Positions 12,815-26,001 are shown, counted from the stretch's first letter. The stretch is DNA of 64,000 nucleotides from Botryllus schlosseri (GCA_051294905.1 CM119373.1:1676001-1740000), one strand, 5' to 3'. Notes: generated by a model not told the origin, from the sequence alone. Made by a program: numbers and translations.

Positions 12815-13750
12815 GTAAGGAACAATCATGTTTGCTTTGAAAACGGAAGACGTTGTTCGTCACCGCGTCGTACATATTGGCGTCGGCGGTGGCTCGTCCC
12901 CTAGGGCAACTGAGTCTGCCCATGTGCTGTAGCAATATTAGCTACAATATAGTATAGACCTATATTTACATTTGCATCTGCCCAAGACATAATACACAAT
13001 ACGATACAAACGACAAAATACGATGGAACAGTCAGATAAGAGTAATGGGAAACGAGAAAATACGGCGTAATGCCCGGTGACACGGAGTTCGAAATTGATT
13101 TTTGGGCGCCTTTCCTTGACGCCGTAAGAAGAGTAACACAGGTGGAGTGTTCCAGATGAAGCTATATACGCTTCGGATACTGGCAATAATAATATTGTAC
13201 AGCGCAGATTACGGAAGACGTGATTTAACTCCACAGACTCCCCTATATTAAACAACATAGAGCTGAGCGGCCGGAAGTTTAGAGCTGAACCAATATATGA
13301 ATATGAAAAATGAGCGAGGGGAGCCAAGCGTTATATGCCGAATGCTAATTACAGTCCATTCGTTTATTCAAATATATCCTATACTATGAGAATGCGGGTA
13401 GTAAAACCTATGATATCAATCTTGCATTATCTGGTATTGTTACATTTCAAAACATCAATGTACCCGCTTTAACATGTGGATTCGGCACGCTTCAAGGCAT
13501 CCATTTGGATTCTGCATTGTGCGACACACCTAAACACTGAATTGTGAACCCGCTACTAGTGTTGTGACTGTGTCGTAAGCCGCACACAGCGCCATTCACG
13601 TCTCTAGTCTTTATGATGAAATGACGAAAATAATTGGAATAGGGTATATATTTGACTTGAAGATTGAAGTTTTGTATCTCGCATGGAATTTTGTCACACT
13701 TCGGTGCCACAGTCCTGAACGGTGTCTGACTGGATCAATTCTTATAACAG

Positions 13751-13804
13751 GGCAATCTCAGCGAGGTCAGGACACCAAGAATTCGCCAGAACCTGATGGT
13801 GCAA
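13751..13804 (+). CDS. NLR N-terminal exon (GQSQRGQDTKNSPEPDGA)
   Basis: cttataacag|...|gtgagt, 54 nt, phase 1-1, open. Confidence 0.75.
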
Positions 13805-14176
13805 GTGAGTTCCTCCATAAATTAGTCGAAATCATGGTAATTGGAAATCTTACATGGATGAATAAATTCTACCATGTTCTTTCAAATCGAATCGAATTCA
13901 GTACGTAATACACAATTCCGAAATGTTTGAACACTGTTTTTTTTTAAAATTCAATAATATTCCAATTCCTTGAACTGGTGGATTTAGAAATACGCTTAAT
14001 AATGACCCCAAGTGGTATGTGGTATCCTGGTTAAGAATCCATGGTGTAGTGCATGTGAAGAATTAAATTTCCACGGCGAACGTGCGGTACAGAACACATA
14101 GCTTTTTCTATACTGATGTCGCTGTTATGTTTTTTCCAATCTACCTTCGGCTATGGCTAAGTAATGCCCTCATACG

Positions 14177-15469
14177 CAGACTTGGACAACTAGATAATTT
14201 TAGTTGTCTAATTTCAATAAATTAGAGCGAAATGCAAGTAATCGAATTCTAATCTAGTTTGCGAAATGTTTCTATGCTCTAATTCCAATTCTAATTCTAA
14301 TCTAATTTTCGATTTGTTGTGTTCTAATTCCAATTCTAATCTAATTTGCGAAATATTCCTATGCTCTAATTTCAATTCTAATCTAATTTATTGTTTTACT
14401 AAAAATGCCGTCTTTTCGCGGCATTTTGCAGCGAGTTAACAAGAACATCCCTCTTGCAAAGGGAATCTAGTGACAAGCCGCCATTGCATCACTTACACCG
14501 TATAGGATCATGATAGTAGGTATTGTGCAACGAATGATAGTCATGCTGGCAATATAGTCTGCAAACATCATTCCAGTTTCGATCACAAACAGAACAACAG
14601 CGAAAAAAAGTGCAATCACAGGTTTGTTCACTTTCATGCCCTCAACTACACCAACAAAGAAGATGATGGTTACTTCATATCTAACCAAAGAAAATATATT
14701 AGAGGATGAGGTGGAAAGATATTTCGCAGCAGAGAGTGTGATCTTGGACTGTGATGTTTTGAGTTACTGGAAAAGAGAAAATATTTTTCCTCATCTGCAG
14801 GCTGCTACTGTTCGAGAACTCGTAGGCATCACCCTGGGTCGATTTCTAAACGTCTAGGTCTTGGAAGTGTTCAAGCCATCGCACGTCATGGAAATATGCT
14901 TGTTCCTATCAGCTGACTCCACATCTATGGAATGCTTTTGCCATCGCCGGAGCCATTTCAGCTAGTGATGAATAGTGATATTAGGCACAGGCAAATAGAT
15001 TTTTTGAAAAAACAACACTAATAATTTGAAACTGAAATCAATTTCATCAATTCAAAATCCGTTATTCCGCGTTCTTCCCAAATCACGAATCAGATCGCCG
15101 ACCGCAAAATATGACCTCGTGGGCCTCATGTTGATGACCCCCTGGTATACAGAACAAAACGGACCAAGCTTGGTGTACAGACGTTCGCCATAACCATTGT
15201 CATGGTTGTGGGAATGCACTTGATATGAACTGAACTGTTGGCTGTATTTATTTCTCATTCATAATTTCATTCAATTTCCACGTTTTTGCGATTTCAGTGA
15301 TTCTAATCCTATATATCTGTGTAGCTCTAATTCTAATTATAATCTAATTTTGAAAACAACGTGTAGCTGTAATTTTAATTCTAATCTAATTTGGGAAAAG
15401 TTGTGTAGCTCTAATTCTAATTCTAATCTAATTTGGAAAATCTGTAATTTTTCTAGTTGTCCAAGTCTG
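14177..15469 (+). mobile_element. Internally deleted hAT (Ac-like) element with C-terminal dimerisation-domain remnant
   Basis: TIR CAGACTTGGACAACTAGA; perfect TSD CTCATACG; TTCTAA/TCTAAT subterminal arrays; ORF 14624..14857 EDEVERYF...DVLSYWK...FPHL; partial copy near 63130-63280. Confidence 0.9.
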
Positions 15470-15667
15470 CTCATACGTAGCCTGCGTGAAAATTGTGATA
15501 AGTGTGAAACACTTCTTCAACTAAATCAGCTAGACGATTAGGTTTATATAACAGCGAATAAAATTATTATAAGGAAATATACCATACCGCATATCACAAA
15601 TGGAATTTACGATCAATATAAATATATATCGATAATCATAAGTTACTGGGTTTTGTATTACCAACAG

Positions 15668-15760
15668 ATTATGCAACATTAGCCGAAGGCGATCAGGTCA
15701 ATCAAAGTTTTGAAAACAGCACAGTGAACGTTGTTGCAGGAGACCAATACATCACCAATG
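15668..15760 (+). CDS. NLR exon with candidate amyloid-signalling motif (NYATLAEGDQVNQSFENSTVNVVAGDQYITN)
   Basis: ttaccaacag|...|gtaagc, 93 nt, phase 1-1, open; not in the ORF track because it is short. Confidence 0.8.
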
Positions 15761-16409
15761 GTAAGCTACGTGAAACTTTCCAGCCTGCACGATATTGACT
15801 TTTCTGCACCGCACTTCGAGTTAACTCGGGGTAAATGAAATATATCGGGATCGACGTCACAGTTTAGCTTTTTATTCATTGATATATTTTGAGAATATAG
15901 ATATCGGATATGCTTTCTTTATCATAAAAACGTCTGCAGGAACGCATAAACCTGCATGTCCCTAGATTTATCAGAACACGTGCATCACGCTCGATGAAAA
16001 GTTAACCTTAATTCATCCACTCAAGCTTGATGCTGACCGATCGAAGACCATTAATTCTGCAATCGGCAAACATCTGTTGAATAATCTGATTTGTGCGAAT
16101 AATTACCGAGACGACAAATTTCGGGTTATTGGGCGGGGCCGTTCACACTTCCACTTGTGTGCCTTGGAGTCGACTTTTATCAAAATACACCAACCGAAAC
16201 TCTATCAACAGAAGGAGTTCGTGTACCACCTAGGAATAGTGCAATGAACGCTCTCTCATTCGATGTTTCATGCTGGCGACGTCATATTTTGTGATACGAT
16301 TGTTGATATACAATGTTCTCTCTTATTCTCTACTAGGTGCTGACGATTACCCCTGACGAGTGTCAGCCGCAAATATAGTCGCGTTAATTTCAATATGAAT
16401 ATACTATTG

Positions 16410-17380
16410 CAGTGGTTCCCAACCTTTTTCGTCTCGTGGCCCCCTTGGCCGATATTTGAAGTGATATTCCCCCCATATGAAAAATTTGCCTGTGACAAAA
16501 AAAGGTGCTTCTTAACGCACAACCATTTGTTGACTGAGCAATTGCTGGATAATCATATTCAGATATGTCCGAACTATGACGAATGCGGACCGCACTACAC
16601 TGTGGTAAAGTACAGCTAAATTTGACCTGATTTTACCGTATAGCCGCTGACGAAAAATAAATCACCAAGTCCGCTTGCTATGGCCTTGAGTCGAATCGAT
16701 GAACTTTATGTTTTCACATTAGCTCATATGTTGACTTGAAAAGGTAAACACTTTCGGCAGTGGCCTTGTGCTGAATTCGGCGTGACGTTTTCCTGCTTAG
16801 TAGCAATTTGGTCGGGAGGCTGTCGCGGGCCCAACGAAACCGTCTCGCGTGCATCACTTCATCAGGGGGTGTAATATCTACGGAAGGCATTTAAATATGC
16901 ACCCAGCTGAAAATCCGCCAAATAAACATACAATTGTAAAGAATTAGTTTCTACATAACAGTTCTACCATAATAATCTAAAAATCTTGTGAACCCAGTTT
17001 GTTTGTTTAGTTCATGGTGTGTGTTGAATACTATGGTCATTTACACCAGGCCAATTTCCCCATTTTTTAATTCCGTAGCGGCCGACTTATAGAACGGACA
17101 ACTTACAGGCTTTATAAGACACCGCTAACACGAATGAGATGGCAAGGAGGAGCCTAGATAAACCCCTGACACTTAGGTAGGGATTCTTGAGTCGATCTTG
17201 GTTGGACTCGAACCCAGAACGCATTGGTGTTGCAGCTGTAGAGTTTACCACTACGCTATCTCACCACACATTGTGAACCAAGTGTGTCTTCTGATGCAAC
17301 GTCAAAGCCAGATTCCCCCTAAAAATTTCGAAATTCCCCCCAAGGGGGGGAATCCCCCCCCCCCCGGTTGGGAACCACTG
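16410..17380. mobile_element. hAT (Charlie-like) non-autonomous element carrying nested fragments
   Basis: TIR CAGTGGTTCCCAACC / GGTTGGGAACCACTG; perfect TSD TACTATTG. Confidence 0.88.
17105..17268 (-). mobile_element. tRNA-derived SINE (tRNA-like head at about 17198-17268)
   Basis: Minus strand GTGGTGAGATAGCGTAGTGGTAAA...CTGCAAC...GGGTTCGAGTCCAACCA: Pol III A box and B box; anticodon stem does not pair well; 3' boundary approximate. Confidence 0.65.
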
Positions 17381-17566
17381 TACTATTGAATCATACATGA
17401 TAAACCGAGGAATGATATAAAATAATACCAAGGTACAACCTGATAGATATTAATAATTATGGCTTCATTATTTGAAAAAGTAAATTCTGTTCATATTGTA
17501 ATTTTCTCAAAAATGCCGCTTGTAAAATTTTGCGAACCTTGAATCATGTTGATTATTAGTAATAAT

Positions 17567-18431
17567 TAGGGCGTTTTTTTACCTTAAAAAAGGTAAATTT
17601 CGACCTAAAAATTTAAATTTTGACTTATTTTGACCTAACCAAAATGAATTTTGACCAAATTTTGACTTAACGTATGCAAATTAGGTGTTTTCCCACATGA
17701 TGTTAAAATTGTACCACTTATCTTCATTTCTGGTTGGAACTGACTGTCCTAACGAAGTGGTCTGGCATGAAAAAACGATTTTGGCTGAGAAACATGCAAC
17801 ATGTTACACGGAAAAACAAATATTTCAACGAAATCTGGCCATATGAAGAATTCCAGTGGTTACAATATGTATTATGGTAGAAAAAATTAAAAAAATTTGT
17901 GGTACAACGAGAGATATTTTCCTACATTCTTGGGTAGAAAGTGCATGTCCTTACTAAGAAGCTTGCCAAGGACGTTCAACAGCAGCAGTTGTTGGCTGAC
18001 AACACTCAAGATGTGCGTACACTGCTGGTGAAACACCGTGTTGCTTCATTCTGACAATGTTGTCTACATCACAATTTTTCATCAAGCGCTTCTTAATATA
18101 AAAATGATGCAATGCGCAATAAGTCTTTCTGCAGTTAGGATATTGCGGTACGTTGACCATAACACCATGTTTACCTACTTGTTTTATTTGACCGTTTATG
18201 ATTCACAATGAGCAGATAATTTGCCGTTTACAACGGTAGGCCTATAACATAGGCTACAAGCTGTAAAATATCAAATGATAAGTTCACCGACAGTGCAAAA
18301 TCGACGATACGAACGAAATGCTGACGTCAAAAAACTTTTGACTTTATGAAAAATTTTGACAAATTTTGACCTAACGCTACAATTTTGACAAAATTTTGCA
18401 AATTTTGACATGTCAAAAAAAAACCACCCTA
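17567..18431. mobile_element. hAT MITE family B copy
   Basis: TAGGG...CCCTA ends; perfect TSD GTAATAAT. Confidence 0.88.
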
Positions 18432-18619
18432 GTAATAATTTATTACACGGAAATACTTTCCTCTGCTGCTGCTCTTCGTCTTCCAATAGGCTATATATAC
18501 AACAGAGTCAATCTTGACACCTATGGGGCTCTCCCCGTCAACGGAGTTTGACGAATCTGCTTCTTTTAGAACTAGGTTAAGCCCATGCATTACTCATTCA
18601 CAATTTGCACTTGTAACAG

Positions 18620-18691
18620 AAATCCATGTGACGCCACCATCTGATATCCCAGAAGATAATTTGGAGCAAGAGCGATTGCGATTAGAAGCGG
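18620..18691 (+). CDS. NLR linker exon (EIHVTPPSDIPEDNLEQERLRLEA)
   Basis: cttgtaacag|...|gtaggt, 72 nt, phase 1-1; lies within ORF 18514..18801. Confidence 0.8.
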
Positions 18692-19221
18692 GTAGGTACC
18701 TCGAATTTGATGTTAACGCGATGCAGGGCCATATCGAACTGCTGTTAACGGAATGTCATTCCCTAAAGCTGAACATCTGTTTCACGTCACAGTCTGCTTA
18801 AAAAATGTAAAAGGCAAAAGTAAATGGTTCGTTTCAAAACAGTAATTGTCAAACTGGGGTGGGATGGTGGGGAAGGGGGCGTGAACGCATCTGAAAGGCA
18901 GCGTGAAGCCGTCCAAGAGAAATGAAGTTTCTTGAACTCGAATTGAGTTTACGTTGACAGGAAAGTCCAAGTTTCAGCAACGGTAATAAGCATACTCATA
19001 GTACGATTTGAATGTCATAGCTGGTCGTAACAACCATACATCGATGTTAGAATGTGATGATACCGGACCTTGCAGCGATTAGATGATGTCTAAAAATTAA
19101 CAGTGATTGGTGAATTCATGTAGGGGTTCGTAGATGCTTCTGTGTTCCTTCTGTGAAGGATCTGTACAGCCTGCGTAGAACGACACGAAGTTATCAAGAA
19201 ATAAGATGTATTCGTATGAGG

Positions 19222-19940
19222 CAGGGGTGGCCGGCCTTTTCGGCCGATGGGCCACATATAACTGACGAAACATTGTCCAGGCCACTCTCCTCGCCATGCG
19301 CGAATATTTTTCAAAGTTTATAGGTCAATAATATTGTTCCTTGAGTGAATTGCGGGTCTGCTGTAAATCGGTCGGCTCATTTTGCAAGGACAGGATCATT
19401 CGGCATTTGGACATATCGATATCGAAAACTTCGGCGAACGTGCGTGAATCATTTTGTGCCTAGAGGTTTCATAGTCGACGGTCTTTCTGCGAGCGCCAAC
19501 GCAAGGTCGCCTGTTGGACGACACTTTCTCTCGTAATTGCGAATATAGTTCCACTCACTCTGGTACATTCGGCGTTTTTTTTCATTTTCAGGACAATGTA
19601 CGACAGGTAAAAATATTAAAAGCAAGAAATCGAATGACAACATATTGTGCGAAGCGTGAAAACTTTTGTTACTTGAGATAAATATACCGCAAAATATGTT
19701 ACTTTATTGTAATATACGAAGATCAACCAAGAATATGACTGACCCATGAATCTGCTAATGCGTCGGAAGTGATATTTTGGTCATCAGCATCCCAAGTGTT
19801 GCCGACATACTAATCAAATTTTAGGTTGGCCTTGCAAGTTCACAATCTGAGCAATATATTTTTTCTAATGTAACTAATTTAGAAAATTACGTCGCGGGCC
19901 ACCCAAAACCTTCTCGCGGGTCACGGGTTGGCCTCCCCTG
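19222..19940. mobile_element. hAT MITE family D
   Basis: CAGGGGTGGCC / GGCCTCCCCTG ends; homologous to 51170-51898. Confidence 0.8.
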
Positions 19941-20728
19941 GTATATGGTCATTTCATATGCCATGTATTATAAGACTTCTGTATCGAAGAAACAATGATT
20001 TAGATTTTTAATCTAAGTGTGGCAGAACGTCAAAGAATAGCCACTCCTAGTATATACTCAATTAGGACACATTTTTATAATGCCACTCTCAAGAAGGACA
20101 TCTTATGGCAGCCCAAAAGTAATAATTTAATTAGTCACTTGCGGAATACCTGCGACCCGTAGACAAGAATTGTTTTTTTTCCTACATAAATGTGTCAAGT
20201 TTGGAAGGCGTGCTGCTTATGGTCAGGTACGATTGAGCCAAGCCCAAGTCAGGAAATAGAAGGTATTACACAGCAAAATCGCTAAAATATGTTTATATGT
20301 TGCGTGTTACCATTTTACATGATTGATTTTGGCAAATTATTCAACTGATAGTTACCTCCAGCTCTTATTTATGGATATGTGTATATCCTTAATTTCAGAT
20401 CCATCCACTTAAACTATGCATTGGGATTGTAAACCTTCAGATTGCTCTTTAAATATAAGTATCACATTGTACTGAAGATGTAATATATAATTAATTCAGT
20501 ATCATATTTGTTGTATGTTGTATATAATTTTATTATACCACTTACCGGTTAATGAAATCACAATTTCAAAATTTTCAACGATGAACACCGTGTAATAAAG
20601 GTTGCGAACTCCTGATGTAGAGCAAGCAGACAAAACTATATACTAGAAATATATAATTCCCACGTTGCTGGCCGCCGTGTTCCGTTTGTTCATGACCGTG
20701 TAAAGTTGAGAACTAATATTGTTTACAG

Positions 20729-21861
20729 TGAAGGGATTTTTAGCGAAGACGAAACATCATTTACTAAAGGAGATAGGTGGACATCTTACCAAAAAAGCCC
20801 GACCTACCATGATGGTTGTCGACACAAAGGGTACAAGTGCAGCAGATCATCATGCTGGAGGAAAGTCATTATTCGGCCGTGATCTGGAAGAAATCAGTCT
20901 CGATCAACTTCACGATTCAGAACATCAGATAACTACCAAGCATGTCCTGATCCTCGGAGAAGCCGGGGCCGGGAAATCCACTCTTTCCAAAATGTATAGC
21001 CTGGCTGTCGCCGAGGGCAACGTCAAGACTCTTGACAGCGTCCAACTCGTTCATTTCGTATCTGCCAATAAGCTACAACCTCGTAGCCCGACTACTGCTT
21101 TTCGTCTGTTATTCACCGAGCAAATGGCTCACGACCCTAAGACTGAACTGAGCCCTCGTGAACAAAAATATGGCGAACAATGGTTGGAAAAAAATTCTTC
21201 CATGATGTTAATAACAATTGACGGCCTCGATCAATGTTTGGAAGAATTCGGCAGTGATAAATACCCTAGAGTGATAGCGACCACCCCCGCAAAAGCCAAC
21301 GACATCATCGCAAACATCATGTCCGGCAGTATATGGCGCGATGCTCGCGTTCTTACAACATCGCGCTGGAACACCTATTGGAGCATTACAGTTGATCAGG
21401 AACCTGGCAAAGTAGTAGGTCTCAGAGGACTAGACGACAAAAACTTGAAAGACATCGCGTTCACCCAATCAATTGACGGTGATCTAATGCTGTCCCAACT
21501 CGAAAATTCTTCACCTAAATTGCTGTCTTTGTGTCGAAATCCCATGTTTCTCAACTATACGACGAAATTGTTTCAAAACAACCGCAATAGCCTACCAGAT
21601 AGCCTTGCTGGTCTCATGGCAGCATTCTTCCGCGAATTTCTTAGCTCTCAATCCGAAAAATACTACGGTCAAATTACAAAGCTAGGTTATGACGCAATGC
21701 TGGAAAGTAAATTCGTTTTCCCACCCAGCTATTTGAGCATCCACGGAATCGATTCAAAGCTTCTCGATGACTTCCTGTCTACCGGAGCCATACTCGAGGA
21801 GGGTCATAAGACCGTTAAGTCATTCAACAAATCATCCGAGTTCTCTCATCAAACGATGCAG
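20729..21861 (+). CDS. NACHT NTPase exon (NBD, HD1, start of winged helix)
   Basis: ORF 20719..21885: Walker A GEAGAGKST, Walker B LITIDGLDQ, sensor-1 VLTTSR, GLRGL, LCRNPMFL, FSHQTMQ; gtttacag acceptor (phase 1), gtgagt donor (phase 0). Confidence 0.95.
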
Positions 21862-22000
21862 GTGAGTGTTGATGTAGCATTTTAAAGCTAAATGAAATTA
21901 TCTCTTTGAAATTACTTTTCGTGTGGGACTCAGTAGTCTTGCAAAAAAAGTCATGATTGCTCATAATGTATACCCTTGCTGTCGTCACATTCCCCAAGAG

Positions 22001-23742
22001 CAGGGGTGGTCATTCGGTCAACCTGGGGCCGTAGAATGAGAATTATGAAATTGGCCCACCCGAAAAAGCATCATCAGCAGAGGTGGTCAAAGTAGTCAAG
22101 AAAGCTACTCAAGTAGAAGTAGAAGTAGCGACGAAAAAATCTACTCAAGTACAAGTAGAAGTACTTCTTCCACAAGCAACCTCAATCTACTTGAAGTAGA
22201 AGTAGAATTGACCGACTTTAAATCTACTCAAGTAAGTAAGTAGTTGTGAAAACGATCGTAATTCGTTCGCATGGGTTGTCAAAAGGTGCAAATTGAGCTA
22301 TGCGAAAAGGTGTCGAGCTTAATTCATATTGATGCATATCACGAGGTATTCAATTTTCGACAGCATAAGCATTCGTCCGCATAATGGGATGAAAATGATG
22401 ATATTGATATGGAAATGCAATACTAATCCTATGTTTAATCGAACAGCACGTTTTGGAAAATATCATGGTATGGCGCACTCCCCCATATTATAAGGCCCGT
22501 AGTTTAGTCGAAGAGCAATACGGAGAAGTTGTATAGGATACGGAGTAAACACTTGGCGCGATTAGAAAATGTGAATAAAAATGCCATATTGTGTAGCTTT
22601 ATTTCCAGAAATAAAAGGTATTACTACACTTGCTTTTATACTTCAACATGTATGTTATCCGGACAAAGAGCTGATATCAATTATAACTCAAAATATATGA
22701 TACTGGGAATTGAAAGTGAAATATAAATACGAATTATAAAAGCGGAAATTGTATTTCATGTGTCTTTAGTCCAGAAAGTTTCAAAGGTGGCATGCTAAAA
22801 CAGCTCTAAAACTAACAAAAGTTAGATTCCACTTTTCCAGATTAGGATACGCCATGGACTGCTAGATTACGATATGATAGGGAAATGCTAGATTGCTAAA
22901 CATCAGTTTCAAAGGTTATGATGAGCCATATATATACTGTGATGAAATGTTTGATATGGGCAAAGGGAGACAATGCGGTGTGAACTGAACCATGCCAACC
23001 CGCTACCTAAATTATATTCACCGAAACTTTCGCGAAATCATGCTGGTTACTCCGTATCCACGGAGCGCGACGAAAATTCTGGGCTTTACTCAACTTTTAT
23101 GAAAATTAAATGTTGATACTCCTTGAAAACAGCCCCGAAATTCCTCAGGCTATCTTCCTGATCGGAGGATTAAACTACTTCTACTTGACAAACTGAAAAT
23201 AGCGAAAAGTAAGTAAGTAGATCACAAAAAATTACGAAGTAGAAGTAGAAGTAGTGAAAATCAGATCTACTTGAGTAAGTACCAGAAGTAGACGAAAACT
23301 ACTTGAGTACTTCGAAAAAGTAGAAGTACTTCGTTACTGACCACCTCTGATCATCAGTAATAACCTGCCCTAAATTTACGAAAAAACTCCCTCGTCAACT
23401 CTACAAGTGAATCTGATCAGATGGACTGGGAAAGGATAAATATTTGATCGTAATATGTGTAACTGGTAATTTCAATGAAGAAATTCATTTAGAATTCGAA
23501 TAACTCTTCAACGCGACTGGCGCGACCAAAATCGAATTCCGGTATCTATTCATAACATGCCTATTTGCGATTTCGATACGTATGCTAAATCGATAACATA
23601 GATTAGTCCGGAAATGGGCATTGGCAGTTTAACATGGTAATTTGGCGTCCAGTCAACTCATTACAACTAATCGCCAGAATGCGTCCGTAGGCTACAAGTA
23701 GTCGAAATGCGGCCGTGAACAGTAAAAGGTTGGTCACCACTG
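22001..23742. mobile_element. hAT-type element containing a nested element
   Basis: CAGGGGTGGTCA / TGGTCACCACTG ends; degenerate TSD cccaagag / ttccagag. Confidence 0.6.
22078..23349. mobile_element. hAT non-autonomous element with AAGTAG/TACTCAAGTA subterminal repeats
   Basis: TIR CAGAGGTGGTCA / TGACCACCTCTG; perfect TSD ATCATCAG. Confidence 0.9.
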
Positions 23743-24161
23743 TTCCAGAGTTATGCATAAACGATGGTAATCAATATCTATTTTCGTTAAATTTCATTCC
23801 AGATCATCCCACTTTTCCATTCACTTTTTATATTAGGAAAATTTGCCGGCACGTCAGTGATGGTGCAAACAAACTTCGATCCACGGATCAAATGTCACAT
23901 GGAAACTAATTTGACACTAGTTTTATCCGATCCACGAAACAACATCATCGCGAGCCAGAAATGTTGGATCCGGCTTTCCTCTCAGCCCGGAAACGTTCGA
24001 ATACATTTGAAATGAAGCTTCATAAAATGCGTGTTGTAGTGTACATAAAGTGTATCATGCGCAGCATGTGCAGTGCATGAGTGTCAAGTAGCCTACCAAA
24101 TATAAGGCGGTTATTCTACCATCTATCCTTGTATCTGCAAGATATAAATCTGAATGTTCAG

Positions 24162-24324
24162 GAGTTTTGCTGCGCGTTACACGTCCCGAATTTGCCGATA
24201 GAGGAAATAAAGGCGTTCGTTACAAACGAACTGAACGACAGTAGAATGGAACTGACAAGACAACTTCTGTACGGGTTAATTTTGGATGACAAAGTTACCG
24301 AACCGATGACCAACTACCTTGCAA
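24162..24324 (+). CDS. NLR winged-helix/HD2 exon (EFCCALHV...RQLLYGLI...NYLA)
   Basis: gttcag|GAG TTT completes the FxHxxxQEFxxA motif; gtaagt donor; phase 0-1; 163 nt. Confidence 0.92.
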
Positions 24325-25147
24325 GTAAGTTCATTCTGGAACCTTCTATTATAACTAAAAGCATGTCTTGGCACTTGTTCATAATCATGCACATTCTTCA
24401 AAAATCTCGCGCACAAGTCTCCGGGGTAGAGGCAAAGTACCAAAGCATCTCCTGAAAAATGAAGTTGCTTGCGTACCCCAGTTTGAGAACCCCTAAACTG
24501 CGGCACACATAACACTATATCGACTTCTGGTAAAATAGAAAAAATATCGATTACGGGAAATGATGGATTTTGATGTTAATATTTTCTTTATTCACAGTAA
24601 AACTGGTAAAGACACACATAATCCGGGAAGCAACCTGCCCCCAAAGGAAAATGGCGAGATTGGAGTAAATTGTTAAAATTTCAGTAATACACTCAAATTA
24701 TTATTCCTGTGCAATACATGGAGAAGTCAGATTACAGAATTGCAGCAGATGAAGAATTGACACGGGTTACAGGGCAGAGGTAGAGATGATTGAAAATGAA
24801 GAATCGAAATTGTAGAAATAATGCTGTGATTCACAAGTGCAATTTTAGTCCAGTGGGGCATTCAAGGCCTTCCGAATAATGTGCACAGTAGGGCTCTTCA
24901 AAAATGACTTTTTTTCTCAAATCGTACTGGCTACTTGATGAAAATGTTAGGTTTCCTAATTTAAGCCTACACACAAAATTTAGTTCAATTCCAGCCAGTA
25001 ACCGCTTTGCTACAGGAGAATAAAGTTTCTATTTATTATATAATAATAAATAATAAAAAATTTGAAAATTTTCTGTTCACCCCACGAAAGTGTTAGGCTG
25101 TCTCTAGAAACGATGGTGGTGCTGGTGCAACCAAGGAGATCCGGTGC

Positions 25148-26001
25148 TTAGGTGGCTCGGAACACACCTAATCGACAACAGAAGGCCTCACACATGGCAA
25201 CCGAGGCGGCACTGGGAGGATATGAATACAATCATGAAGGAAATGGAATACAAGAGGGAGTACATCCCTCTGAAAGGAAACACAAAACTGTATAATGCGG
25301 CAATCGCACTGAAGGGAGCGATAGAGATAAGAGAGATGCAGGGCCCCAAGTGGGAGAACATTCAGCACAGAATACTAACCCCACAACAGAATGACATGAA
25401 CTGGTCGGTAGCCTTCGAGTTACTGAACACAAATGAGAGCCTGTACGCGAGGGCGATCACGGATACAAGAGAGTGCGAGCTATGCCAAAAGTACAGAGAA
25501 ACAACAGTACACCTGCGCACGAAGTGCGAAGAGGCCATAATACCGCTAGAACGAATCACCGAGGCATGGATCAAGGCAACAGGGCAGATCATCGAAACAA
25601 GGAACTTGAGTACCATCATACAGATGAACCCAGGGGGAGCGCTCGATGAAGACCAAGAGGCAGCCCTTGCGATAGCGATTACATCCTACAAGCAGGCTGT
25701 AAGGATGGCACGAACTAAAACAAAATTTGATGGGAAAAAAACAGGACATAAATGGATAAGCAACTCGATAAAACAAAGATTGAGACTGAGGAGCATACCT
25801 CAGAGGGAGGAAAATCTCGAGAGAATATTGGAAACTATTCGAAATGAGATCTCCTGAAAAAAAACGGGTGGCAAGACTGAAAAGAGTACGCAGAGATCAG
25901 AAAAAAAAAACAGAAACAGGAAGGAAAGAAACCCTAGCCAACGCTATGTGTTCCTAACGGGAACAGGCGTACCGCGAGAAAGGGCCAATACACCAAATGC
26001 T
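25148..26001 (+). mobile_element. 5'-truncated non-LTR retrotransposon (Tx1/L1-like ORF2 C-terminus with CCHC zf-RVT)
   Basis: ORF 25144..25857 CELCQKYRETTVHLRTKC; 15-bp direct repeat AAGGAGATCCGGTGC at 25133-25147 and 26002-26016. Confidence 0.8.

Noticed and set aside
17198..17268. tRNA-Cys-like gene
   Set aside because: Anticodon stem pairs poorly and it sits inside a MITE; treated as a SINE head.
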